Below, piece after piece: positions 36,483 through 46,971 of a stretch of 64,000 nt of DNA. The DNA comes from an uncultured Verrucomicrobiae bacterium (lineage in GTDB: Bacteria > Verrucomicrobiota > Verrucomicrobiia > Chthoniobacterales > UBA10450), in NCBI GenBank assembly GCA_963781735.1, contig CAWAHI010000021.1, forward strand, positions 33,906 to 97,905, written 5' to 3'. A model generated the notes under the pieces. It was given only the letters and a program-made list of their open reading frames with translations. It was not told the origin of the DNA and made no database searches. The position numbers and the translations under genes are program-made. Numbering within the stretch: the first letter of the stretch is position 1; the number at the start of each line of letters is the position of its first letter.

Positions 36483-37181
36483 TCATTCGCGCAGCATCCA
36501 CTCGAGCGCTGTCTCGACGTGGATCTGCGTCGTATCGAGAACCGGCAGGCCCGCAGCTGTCGGTTCGCGCAGAATTAACGACAGCTCGGTGCCACCGAGA
36601 ATCAGGCCATCGACATTGTCGCGCTGTTTCATTGTCTCCACGATGTCGACTAACGCCGCGCGCGTCTCATCGAGAATTGCCCCGACGAACAGCTCGCCCA
36701 TGTATTTCTCATGGATGAATTCCCGTTCTTTCTCATTCGGCACCACGATAGCCATTCCGCGGCGCGCAAAGGCCTCTGGAAAAAGCGCTGCCTCCATGGT
36801 GAAGCGCGTTCCGAAGAGCGCCAGGCGGCGCAAGCCGGCCTTCGTCGCGGCATCGGCCGTTGCCTCCACAATGCTAAGCAGCGGAATGCTGGCTCGTTGC
36901 TCGAGCTTGTCGAAGCCAAGGTGCGGCGTAACCGCCGCGATCAGCGCGAAATCGGCGCCCGCTCGCGCCAATCGTTCGATCTCGGCCGCGAGAAAATCGA
37001 TAACACGCGCCAGCTCGCCGGCCGTAAACCATTTCACCAGGTTTTTATTATCGACACTGTTGATGATGATCGGCGGTGCGCCACTCTCTGAAACGCGCGC
37101 GTGGTAAGTCGCGATCAATCGACGGTAATATTCGACTGTCGATTCCGGCCCCGTCCCGCCGATCATTCCAAGTATTTTCAC
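36483..37181 (-). CDS. Asp/Glu/hydantoin racemase-fold protein (aspartate racemase-like) lacking both canonical catalytic cysteines
   Basis: ORF track. The N-terminus 'MKILGMIGGTGPESTVEYYRRLI' is typical. 'IAAVTPH' replaces '(P/C)CNTAH' and 'LGGTEL' replaces 'GCTE'. Confidence 0.8.
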   Translation of the reverse strand: MKILGMIGGTGPESTVEYYRRLIATYHARVSESGAPPIIINSVDNKNLVKWFTAGELARVIDFLAAEIERLARAGADFALIAAVTPHLGFDKLEQRASIPLLSIVEATADAATKAGLRRLALFGTRFTMEAALFPEAFARRGMAIVVPNEKEREFIHEKYMGELFVGAILDETRAALVDIVETMKQRDNVDGLILGGTELSLILREPTAAGLPVLDTTQIHVETALEWMLRE

Positions 37182-37189
37182 GCTGCTAT

Positions 37190-37663
37190 CTAAATCCAGC
37201 GCCGTACCTTGCGCTTTAAAGCGAGATATTGCTCACCGAACTTTGCCTCGAGATAGCGTTCCTCGGGCAGGATCACGCCGAAATGCAGGACCAGTGCAAG
37301 CGGCACGACAAACAACAACGTGATCCAATCATTCAGTAGAAACCCGATCCCCGCCTGTACCAGACAAAGCGCCAGATACATCGGATTCCGGGTGAACCGA
37401 TAAGGTCCACCCCGCACAATCAGCAGCGCCGGCTTGGCTGGATTGACATGTGTCCCGGCCGCGCGCATGGCGAATAACGCGGGCAACGCCAGCGAAGGGC
37501 CCACCAGCAGACAAACAATCCCAAGAATCAGCGCGAATGGTTCCGGCAAAATCGGAATCGAAAAAACAAAAAAATGGACGAGCGCGCTCACCGTTGCCCC
37601 GATCAGCCAGAGCAAAGGCGGAAACGCCACAATCTTGGGATGATCTTCAGCCGCCGCGTCCAC
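37190..37663 (-). CDS. isoprenylcysteine carboxyl methyltransferase (ICMT)/phospholipid methyltransferase family membrane protein
   Basis: ORF track. Multi-TM protein with 'GPYRFTRNPMYLAL'. Confidence 0.8.
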   Translation of the reverse strand: MDAAAEDHPKIVAFPPLLWLIGATVSALVHFFVFSIPILPEPFALILGIVCLLVGPSLALPALFAMRAAGTHVNPAKPALLIVRGGPYRFTRNPMYLALCLVQAGIGFLLNDWITLLFVVPLALVLHFGVILPEERYLEAKFGEQYLALKRKVRRWI

Positions 37664-37884
37664 GAAACCGGTTTAGCAATCCCGAAGGTAATTGCAACCC
37701 GCGGCCTCGACCGACGATTAGAGGAACTGCCAGATCACTCTTTCGGCGCGGTGTAGCCGCGGTCGCTGACCGCGGCCTTCCAGATTCTGCGGAACTGCTG
37801 CCGCCGCGGCTGCGCACACAGTTTCGGCGCGAGCGAGGCGACCCGGCTGCGCCAAGGCTACGTCGTGGTTAAGGGAAGAATGGA

Positions 37885-40357
37885 TTACCTTGGGGCAAGG
37901 GAACTGACGATTTTCTCGAAGCGCGGGTCGCCGCGGAGCGGGTCGTACCAAGGCAATAGTTTCAGTCGGCCGTAAGTGAAAGGCTGGGTAGTTGTGCGGC
38001 CTTCGCGAGATTTTGCAGCGCAAGGTCTTTCTCACCGACCCATGCGGCGACGATCGCCGAATATTGGATCATGTCCGCTCCGTTGAGGGAATCCTTCGCT
38101 ATCGGCACCAGTTCAACGGCACGTCGGATTTCGCGCAGTGCTTCCTCTTTTCGGCCAAGCCCGGCATCAATCAAAGCAAGGACGCAAACTGCCGGACCAT
38201 AATCCGGCTGCGCCTGCACAATCTTCTCCTGCTCCGGCGCGCATTGCCCGAAAAGCGAGCGCGCTTTATTTTCGTCTTTTATCATCCTGGCGAGCAGGCC
38301 GCGGCCGAAAGCCGGCGCTAAAAGACGTGGAGTAGACGCCAAACAATCTGCCGTCGCCAAGTGCAGCAAGGGCAGCTTCGGCCGCCCCTGCGTCGTGCTC
38401 GGCCAACGCGCAGATGAACCATACATCGGCGACGCTCTTGATCGCCTCCGGGGTTTTTGGCACGGATCTCATCAATCGTTTGGTGCAACGGGCGAGTGTC
38501 GGCTTTCCAGTCGAAGGAAGCGAGGCCACGCGCGGCCTTGGTCTCAGCATCATCTGGTTTGATCGACAATGCGCGATCTCAGTGGCAATCTCCTCAGCAT
38601 AGCGGCGCAGAAGTTTATAGCTGAGTGCGAGCTGCTGAAGCGTGAAGAAGTTGCGCGGGTCAAGTTCCACCGCGCGTTGCAGATTGCGCACTCCCTGCTC
38701 GTGCGCGCCTCGCCGCCGCGCGATATACCCAGTCAATTCGAAGATCTGAGGAGCATTGGGCATTGTGCTGCGGACAATATCGAGCTCGGCCAGCGCGCCG
38801 TCGTAATCTCGATATGCGTCATAAAGATGATTGGCGCGGGCGAGATGTGCTTCACCGGCATCAGGACGCAGCCGGAATGCTGCCTGGACGGCGGCTTCCG
38901 CCAAGGCCAGCCGTTCAGGAGTATGATCGAGGCCCGAGGCATAAAGGCTGTCGTGGGCATAGGCGAGCTGGCACTGCGCCGCGAAGAAGGAGGGATCGCG
39001 TGCCAGGGCCTGGTTGAGCAGTTCGATCCCTTCCCGCAGATTCTGCGCGCCAATCGCGCTGAAACCGGTGTTGAGAATGAGATCTTTCGCCCGGCTGTAG
39101 AGCTCGAATGCAGCGATGTCCGTGGTCGGTCGCTGCTCGATTGCATTCTTCTCGCTCGGCGACAGCTTGGCCTGCAATTGGTCGGCGATGGCTTTGGCGA
39201 TCTCGCTTTGAATGGCGAAGACATCAGCAAGATGGCGCGATCATAAGTCTGCGCCCAGAGGTGCGCGTCGTTACGTGCATTGATCAACTGCGCGTTCACT
39301 CGCACGTTATTGGTTGCCCGCTGCACGCTGCCTTCGAGCAGGTGGGCCACGCCAAGCTGTTGTCCGATTTCGCGCAGGTTGCGCTCCGCGCCGGTCTTAT
39401 ACTGCATCACGCTGGTGCGGCTGATCACTTTCAGCTCAGCGATTTTTGCGAGATCCGTCAAAATTTCATCCTGCACGCCGTCGGTGAAGAAAGCGTTCTG
39501 TTTTTCGTCGCTCATGTTTTCAAACGGCAGAACCGCAATGCTCTTTTCAGGAACGGCAGCTGGTGCTGGTAAAGCGCTGGGGGGGCGTCCGGTTTCTACC
39601 GCTTCGGTTTCGCTGCGGAGTCTGACGGTTGCTGCCCGCTGGCACGGAACGCCGCGACAACAAGTATCCGCCCACAGCAAGTGCGGCGATGAGGACCAGC
39701 GCAGCGGCAGCAAAATCCAGCTTCGGCTTCTTCTTGGCTTTTCAGCTGCGACTGGCACCGCCGCTGCCTTGTGTCGCGCTTGGAGAAACTTCTGCGGCAC
39801 CTCAGGATTGCCAAGTCTTCCGTGTAGAGATTGACCACCGAAACGCGCACCCCGTGTTTCACCTCGCATTCGCCGAGATCGTGCAGATGCTGCTTCCAGT
39901 GGCCATACTGTTCCAGGTCTTCGGCCATGTGCTTGGAGAGCAGGACGTGACCGGCATCACCACAATCCATCACCCGCTGGGCGATGTTGATGCCGGCACC
40001 GGCGATATTGGAGCGACCACTTACGTCCACCACGCCGCTCACCGGGCCGCTGTGAATTCCCATGCGCAGCTTCAGCTCGGGGTGTTCGCTTGCGGCGCTA
40101 CTGATCTCCAGCGCGCATTCCACCGGCGCTTCCGGGGTGTTGTAAAAGACCAGCGCCATGCCGTCACCGGTCGGCACGGTAATCAGCCGGCTCTTTGCCT
40201 CCGCTTTTCGGAAATGTTCGGAGTCGCGGACAATTTGATTCAGCAGCTCGAGCAATCGTCGCTGCTCAGAAGTTACGAGCTTGGAGTAGCCGACGATGTC
40301 GATGAAGAGCACATAGGCGATCTCAAGCTCGATCTCTTTTTTAACCTCTGTCGACAC
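37885..40357 (-). pseudogene. class III adenylate/guanylate cyclase - TM - TolB-N-like - TPR protein, array copy A (at least 5 frame disruptions)
   Basis: GTG start (MSTEVKKEIELEIAYVLFIDIVGYSK). The reading continues through ORFs 39596..40357, 38733..39869, 38266..39177 and 37962..38426, then a hand-read tail ...YGRLKLLPWYDPLRGDPRFEKIVSSLAPR* with its stop at 37885-37887. Confidence 0.8.
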
Positions 40358-40526
40358 GGCGGGAGATTTTAGCCGCGTGCGGGCGAGATCTCTAGATCAT
40401 TCTTTCGGCGCGAGACAGGCGAGGTCACAATCGCTGCTGTGGTGGCAGGCGTGCCGCCTGCGAAACCTACCGGAGCTCCAGCCGACACCGCCTTCGCATA
40501 AGCTGTGGCGTGGCAGGCGGCTGCCC

Positions 40527-43002
40527 CTACAACTTTGGGGCGAGGGAATTAACGATTTTCTCGAAGCGCGGATCGCCGCGAGCGGGTCCCAGTAGGGCAT
40601 CAGCTTAAATTGACCATAGCTTACGATACCGGGTAGACGCATTTCGATGCTTAGTTGCTGGCACGCGAGATCTTTTTCCCCCAGCCACGCTGCAGCCATG
40701 GCGAGTATCTCGATCATTTGTGGACCGTTGAAGGCGTCTTTTTCCACTGGAAGAAGCTCAACCGCGCGGCGCGCTTCGCTTAAAGCTTCGTCTTTTCGGC
40801 CGAGAGCGGCGTCAATTAACCCAAGAACACAAAGGGCCGGCCCAAGGTTGGGCTGGGCTTGTACAATTTTTTCCTGTTCGGCACGAGCAGCAGTGAATGC
40901 CGCGCGAGCTTTGGCTTCATCGTTCATCATGCGGGCGATAAGGCCTTCGAGGACCAAGTGGTTGAAATAAATTGCATTTTGATTGTAATTGAAAGGGTTC
41001 TCGCCCAGAGCTGATATGGCCGCTTCAGCTGCGACAGGGTCGCGTTCAGCGAGCGCGCACGTGAACCAGGTGTCGGCGACGCTTTTCACCGCGGCGGGGT
41101 TTTTGGCCCGCAACTCCTGCATCAACTGATGCAAAGGACGCGTGTCGGCTTTCCAGTCAAGCTCAACGAGCGCGCGTGCCGCGCGGGTTTCGATGTCATC
41201 CGGCTTGATTGTCAATCCGCGCTCGAGGACGCGAGCCATTTCAGGATATCGTCGCAGGATTTGGTAGCTCAGCGCGATCTGCTGAAGAGTAAAAAAATTG
41301 CGCGGGTCGAGTTCCAAGGATCGCAGCAGATATTGTAAACCCTCCTCCTGCTTACCGCGTCGACGCGCAATGAATCCGGCAAGCTCGGGGATCCGCGAAT
41401 CGTTTGGCAGCGTTCGGCCTGCGATATCCAACTCGGCTAGCGCCCCATCGTAATCGCGATATCCACGGTAAAGGTTCTGCGCTCTGGCCAGATGGGTCTC
41501 ACCCGCGTCGGGTCGCATCCGTGACGCTGATTCAATCGCCGCTTCGGCTGCTGCAAGCCGCGCGGGAGTGTGCTCGTTGCCGAGGAGATAAATGTTGTCG
41601 TGAGCATAGGCGAGCAGGCAATAAGCCTGAAAGAAAGAGGGATCACGGGCCACCGCCTTGATTGAGAAGATCGACCGCCTGCAGCATATTCGAGAGGAGC
41701 TTCGCGCTGAAACTAATATTCAGAAAAAGGCTCTTGGCCCGCGTGTAAAGATCGAAGGCTGTGACATCGGCGGTAGGGGCACGTGAGATCGCATTTATTT
41801 CACTCGGCGAAAGCTTCGCCTGAAGCTGATCAGCGATTGCCTTGGCGATCTCGCTTTGAATGGCAAAGACATCCGCGAGATCGCGATCATAAGTTTGCGC
41901 CCAGAGATGCGCGTCATTGCGGGCATCGATCAACTGCGCATTCACCCGCACGCGATTGTCACGCGCTGGACGCTGCCCTCGAGCAAATGTGCGACGCCGA
42001 GCTCCTGTCCGATCTTGCGCAGGTCTGCGCGGCACTCCGCTTTTGTACGGCATCACACTCGAACGGCTGATCACTTTGAGGTCCGCGATCTTGGCGAGAT
42101 CAGTCAGAATTTCATCCTGCACGCCGTCGGTAAAAAAAGCATTTCCGGTTCACGTCGCTCAGATTTTCAAAAGGAAGAACGGCGATGCTTTTTGTAGGAA
42201 CGGCAGCTCGGGCTGGAAGGCGCTGGGGGGCCGTCCGGTTTCTGCCACTCGGTTCGCTGCGGACCGGCTGACGGTTACTGCCGGCCGGCGCGGAACGCCG
42301 CGACAACAAGAATCCACCCATACCAAGCCCAGCAATGAGGACGAGCGCAGCGGCAGCGATGATCCAGCTTCGAGTGCCAGTGCGCTTCTCAGCTGAAACC
42401 GGCAGCGCCGCTTCCTGGCGCGCCTGCAGAAACTTCTGAGGTACCTCCGGATTGCCGAGCTCTTCCGTGTAAAGATTCACCACCGAAACATGTGCACCGT
42501 GCTTCACCTCGCACTCACCAAGATCATGCAGACAGCGTTTCCAGTGGCCGAATTGCTCCAGATCTTCCGCCATGTGCTTGGAGATAAGGATGTGGCCGGC
42601 ATCACCACAATCCATCACCCGCTGGGCAATGTTGATTCCAGCTCCGGCTATGTTGGCGCGACCACTTACATCCACTACGCCGCTGACCGGCCCGCTATGG
42701 ATGCCCATGCGCAGCTTAAGCTCAGGATGTTCCTTGCAGCGCGGCTGATCTCCAGCGCGCATTCCACCGGCGCTTCGCGGAGTGTTGTAGAAAACGAGCG
42801 CCATCCCGTCACCGGTCGGAATGGTAATCAGCCGATGCTTCGCTTCCGCATTGCGAAAGTGCTCAGCCCCACGAACAATTTGGTTCAGCAACTCGAGTAA
42901 GCGCCGTTGCTCATCAATTACGAGCTTGGAATAACCGACGATGTCGACGAAAAGCACATACGCAATCTCAAGCTCGATCTCCTTCTTAATCTCGGTCGAC
43001 AC
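40527..43002 (-). pseudogene. cyclase - TM - TolB-N-like - TPR protein, array copy B (about 7 frame disruptions)
   Basis: Pieces are ORFs 42112..43002 (cyclase plus TM helix IIAAAALVLIAGLGMGGFLL), 41643..42122 and 40397..41653 (380-aa TPR block). The paralogue-consistent C-terminus WDPL/RGDPRFEKIVNSLAPKL* stops at 40527-40529, in a different frame from the track ORF. Confidence 0.8.
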
Positions 43003-43114
43003 CGGTGGAGATATTAAGCACTCGCGAGCGAACGCTCTACATCATTCTTTCGGCGCGAGAGAGGCGACGATCTGCTGCTCGTAGCCGCGGTCGCTGGGAA
43101 CCGCGGAAATCAGA

Positions 43115-45575
43115 CTATTTTGGGGCGAGGGAACTGACGATTTTCTCGAAACGCGGATCGCCGCGGAGCGGGTCCCATAGGGAGAAGTTCAAGTCGCCGT
43201 AGCTGAGAAAACCCGGGTTCTGCGTCGCGAGTCAGATTTTGAAAGGCCAGATCCTTCTCGCCCACCCATGCGCAACGAAACCCGAATAATGGATCATGTC
43301 CGCTCCGTTAAGCGCATCTTTTTCGACCGGCAGCAAGCTCCACGGCGCGGCGGTTCTTCGCAGTGCTTCCTCTTTCCGGCCGAGTCCGGCGTCGATCAAC
43401 CCAAGGATGCAGACTGCCGGGCCAAAATCCGGCTGCTCCTGCACGATTTTTTCCTGGTTGCGCGCATCGCATGAACGCGCGCGTGCGCTTTTTTCGCCTC
43501 CGCTCATCCGTGCGAGCAATCCTCAGCCAAGCGGGATTCAACTGAAAGCGTTGGTTATCGCCGAATTGTCGTCGCCCAGTGCGCGAAGGCGCATTCGGCC
43601 GATCCTGCATCGTGTTCGGCCAAAGCGCAAAAAAACCACAAGTCGGCGACGCGTCTGAACATTCGGGTTCTTGGCCACGAATTTCGTCATGGTTACGTGC
43701 AAAGGTCGCGTATCTGCTTTCCAATCGAGCGCAACCAAACCCCGCGCTACCTTGGTCTCAGGATCATCCGGCCTAATGGTCAATGCGCGATCGATCACGG
43801 CGAGCTGTTCGTGGATAGCGGCGGACAAGTTCGTAGCTGAAGGCGATCTGCTGAAGCGTGAAGAAATTGCGCGGATCCAATTCGATGCGCGTTGCAAATT
43901 TGCGAATTCCATCCTCATGTGCCCGCGTCGCCGCGCAATGAAACCGGTTAATTCGAATGCGGGGAGCGTTTGGCAAGGTGCTGCGCAGCGACCTCCAGCT
44001 CCTCCAGCGCGCGATCATAGTCGCGATATGCAGAGTAAAGATGTTGCGCGACGCGAGATGCGTTTCGCCGGCATTCGGCCGCAGCCGCGATAGGGCCTCC
44101 ACGCGGCTTTCGGCCAGAGCAAGGCGTGCGGAGTATGGTCAAGCCAGGATATAAAGGTTATCTTGGCTAGCGACGAGCTGGCATTGCGCAACAAAGAAGG
44201 AGGGATCACGCGCCAGCGCCTGATTGAGTAGTTCAACCGCCTGTCGCAAATTCTGCGCTGCGAATCGCGCTGAAGCCGCGTGTTGAGAAGAGAGCCTTTG
44301 GCGCGGCTGTACAGGTCGAAGGCGGCTACGTCGGACGTCGGGCGTTGTTCGATCGCGTCCTTCTCGGCGGCGAGAGCTTGGCCTGCAACTGGTCGGCAAT
44401 GGCTTTGGCGATCTCGCTTTGGATAGCAAAGACATCGGCCAGATCGCGATCATAGGTTTGCGCCCAGAGATGCGCGTCGTTGCGGGCGTCGATTAACTGC
44501 GCGTTTACCCGCACGCGATTGCTCACCCGTTGGACGCTGCCTTCGACCAGGTGCGCGACGCCGAGCTGCTGCGCGATCTCGCGCAGATTGCGTGCGTGCC
44601 CGTTTTGTACTGCATGACTGACGTGCGGCTGATCACTTTCAGGTCGGCGATCTTGGCAAGATCGGTCAGAATTTCGTCCTGCACGCCATCGGTAAAAAAG
44701 GCATTTTCTTTATCCTCGCTCAGGTTTTCAAAAGGCAGAACCGCGATGCTTTTTTCAGGAACGTTAGCGGTCGCTGCTGATGGTAGTGACGCACCGCCGG
44801 GGCGTCCAACAGTTGCGATTGATTGGACGGCCCGGCGGTCCGTCCCTACCGCGCTGCAGAACGCCGCGACAACAGAAATCCGCCCAGAGCAAGTGCGGCC
44901 GAAGATAATGACGGCAGCAGCGATTATCCAGCTCCGATTTCTTGTCGGCTTTTCAGCCGCAACCGGTACCGCCGCTCCTGCTTTGTGTCGCGCCTGGAGA
45001 AACTTCTGCGGCACCTCGGGATTACCAAGCTCTTCCGTGTAAAGGTTCACCACCGAACATGCGCGAACCGTGCTTCACTTCCGCCTCCCCCAGATCATGC
45101 AGATGCTTTTTCCAATGGCCGAGCTGTTCCAGGTCTTCGGCGACATGCTTTGAAAGCAGGATATGACTCGGCATCGCCACAATCCATCACGCGCTGGGCA
45201 ATGTTGATGCCCGCGCCGGCAATGTTGGCGCGACCGCTGACATCAACCACTCCGCTGACCGGCCCGCTGTGCACGCCCATGCGCAGCGTGAATTCGGGAT
45301 GCGCTACTGGCCGCGCGACTGATCTCCAGCGCGCATTCCACCGGCGCTTCCGGCGTGTTGTAAAACACCAGCGCCATTCCGTCGCCGGTCGGAATTGTGA
45401 TCAGCCGATGGTGCGCTTCGGCTTTGCGGAACTGTTCGGTGCCACGGACAATCTCATTCAGCAGCTCGAGGGACCGGCGCTGTTGATCAATCAGAAACTT
45501 GGAGTAGCCGACAATGTCGATGAAGAGCACATAGGCGATCTCAAGCTCAATCTCCTTCTTAACCTCTGCGGACAC
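43115..45575 (-). pseudogene. cyclase - TM - TolB-N-like - TPR protein, array copy C (most degraded, at least 10 frame disruptions)
   Basis: GTG start at 45575 ((V)SAEVKKEIELEIAYVLFIDIVGYSK). Homologous pieces are scattered over ORFs 45243..45641, 45095..45280, 44523..45053, 44326..44526, 44139..44453, 44015..44236, 43773..44102, 43538..43918 and 43232..43519. The tail ...WDPLRGDPRFEKIVSSLAPK* stops at 43115-43117. Confidence 0.75.
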
Positions 45576-45615
45576 GGCGGCCCATTCTACTCGGTTGGCG
45601 AGCGAACGCTCTAGA

Positions 45616-45792
45616 TCATTCTTTCGGCGCCAGATCGGCAATGACTTTCTCGAAGCGCGGATCGCCGGGCAGCGGGTCCCACAACGGCAGCAATTTCAAC
45701 TGGCCATAAGATCGCGGTCGGCCCCGATGAGACGCCTCCCGATTCGAGATCGCCCAGCTCAATCGCGCGCAGGCGCGAAGCATCTCAGGATC
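45616..45792 (-). pseudogene. C-terminal remnant of a fourth cyclase-TPR paralogue (copy D')
   Basis: Hand-read minus-strand frame ...RSYGQLKLLPLWDPLPGDPRFEKVIADLAPKE* (stop at 45616-45618). It has no upstream TPR or cyclase body and abuts the plus-strand gene at 45812. Confidence 0.6.
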
Positions 45793-45811
45793 TTCGTGCT
45801 ACCATCAGCGA

Positions 45812-46354
45812 TTGCCGATCATCCTTTTTGCCCTACTACTTTTTGTTCTCCTCGCCTTTGCCGGCGTGATTTTACTCTCGCTTGCTTTGCGCTACCGCGC
45901 CGGTACCGCTCGACGACAAGGCCGGCGCTGGGTCGCTACCATGAATGTGTGGGCGACCAGTTTCTCCGCCGTTTTCTTTCTTTGCTTCACCCTCCTGATC
46001 TCGTTCTGGCTTGGGCCGACTTTGCAATTTGCCCTGGCCGGTATGGCCGTTGGAGGCCTTCTCGGCTTGCTCGGTTTGATAATGACCCGTTGGGAAAGTC
46101 ATCCGGATGGATTCTTCTACACTCCGAGCCGCTGGCTCGCCCTTCTCGTCATGCTGGCAATAGCAGCACGCCTTGCTTACGGTTGGTGGCACACCATGCA
46201 CCGAGGTGTGGCCGATGAACAACATTGGCTGACGAGCGCATCCGGGACCCAACTTTCTGTCGCAGTTGCAGCCGGCTTGATCGGCTACTATTTGATCTAC
46301 TCAATAGGAGTGCGTATTCGAATCACGCGCCACGAGAAACGGCACCCTAACTAA
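45812..46354 (+). CDS. hypothetical 4-TM membrane protein
   Basis: ORF track (TTG start). Four hydrophobic helices. No family recognised. Confidence 0.5.
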   Translation: MPIILFALLLFVLLAFAGVILLSLALRYRAGTARRQGRRWVATMNVWATSFSAVFFLCFTLLISFWLGPTLQFALAGMAVGGLLGLLGLIMTRWESHPDGFFYTPSRWLALLVMLAIAARLAYGWWHTMHRGVADEQHWLTSASGTQLSVAVAAGLIGYYLIYSIGVRIRITRHEKRHPN

Positions 46355-46896
46355 AGCGCCGCCTGCCAGGATCGCGACTTTACTTTCGTGGAGATGAAGT
46401 CAATCGCTTTCGCCGGGACAGCGGCGGTGGGGAAGGCGAGGTAATGCCACCCGTGATAGAACACCAGGACGACTTCTTTCCCGGCCCAAATGCGCCCGAT
46501 GATACTCCAGGGTAAAGTCGAGTTGCCGGCGGCACTTTTCACCGCGATGCCTTCGTCATCGATCGACACCCTGACGGTGTGATCAGTCGTAGATTGGAAA
46601 AAGCGCCGTCTGATTCTGCGGCGATGCCCGACCGCGAGAAGAAAGATTACGAAGAGCATGATCGCCGCGCCGCCGGCGATGTAAGCGACCGGTCGCATCG
46701 CGGGATCAGCGGCTATGATCGCAAGGACGAGCGGAAGTAAAATGATCGCGATTGGTCCGACGGGGCCCCCGCGGCGCCAGAGCAAGTAGCGCAGCGCTTT
46801 GTTCCCGAGCGCGGGCGTGGCAGTGAACTCAAATTCGATGGGCATCAAAAGAGGGGAGTTATCGGTTATCAGTTTCGACAGAAGATCAAGGACCAC
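46351..46896 (-). CDS. hypothetical membrane protein, YcxB-like organisation
   Basis: ORF track. Two central TM helices followed by a ~90-aa soluble domain (...TVRVSIDDEGIAVKSAAGNSTLPWSII...). The family call is from memory only. Confidence 0.5.
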   Translation of the reverse strand: MVLDLLSKLITDNSPLLMPIEFEFTATPALGNKALRYLLWRRGGPVGPIAIILLPLVLAIIAADPAMRPVAYIAGGAAIMLFVIFLLAVGHRRRIRRRFFQSTTDHTVRVSIDDEGIAVKSAAGNSTLPWSIIGRIWAGKEVVLVFYHGWHYLAFPTAAVPAKAIDFISTKVKSRSWQAAL

Positions 46897-46971
46897 GGAC
46901 TACCGCCTGCCGCCAAAGAATTGGCGTATGCGGGAGCACGTGACTACGAGACAATGATAAGCGCATCCGTG

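Noticed and set aside
38569-45614. Long plus-strand ORFs across the cyclase array (38569..39246, 39280..39834, 39629..40372, 41917..42396, 44530..45042, 44823..45614).
   Set aside because: All are antisense to the clearly homologous cyclase and TPR reading frames. They have Arg/Ala/Pro-rich composition and no motifs. They are shadow ORFs.
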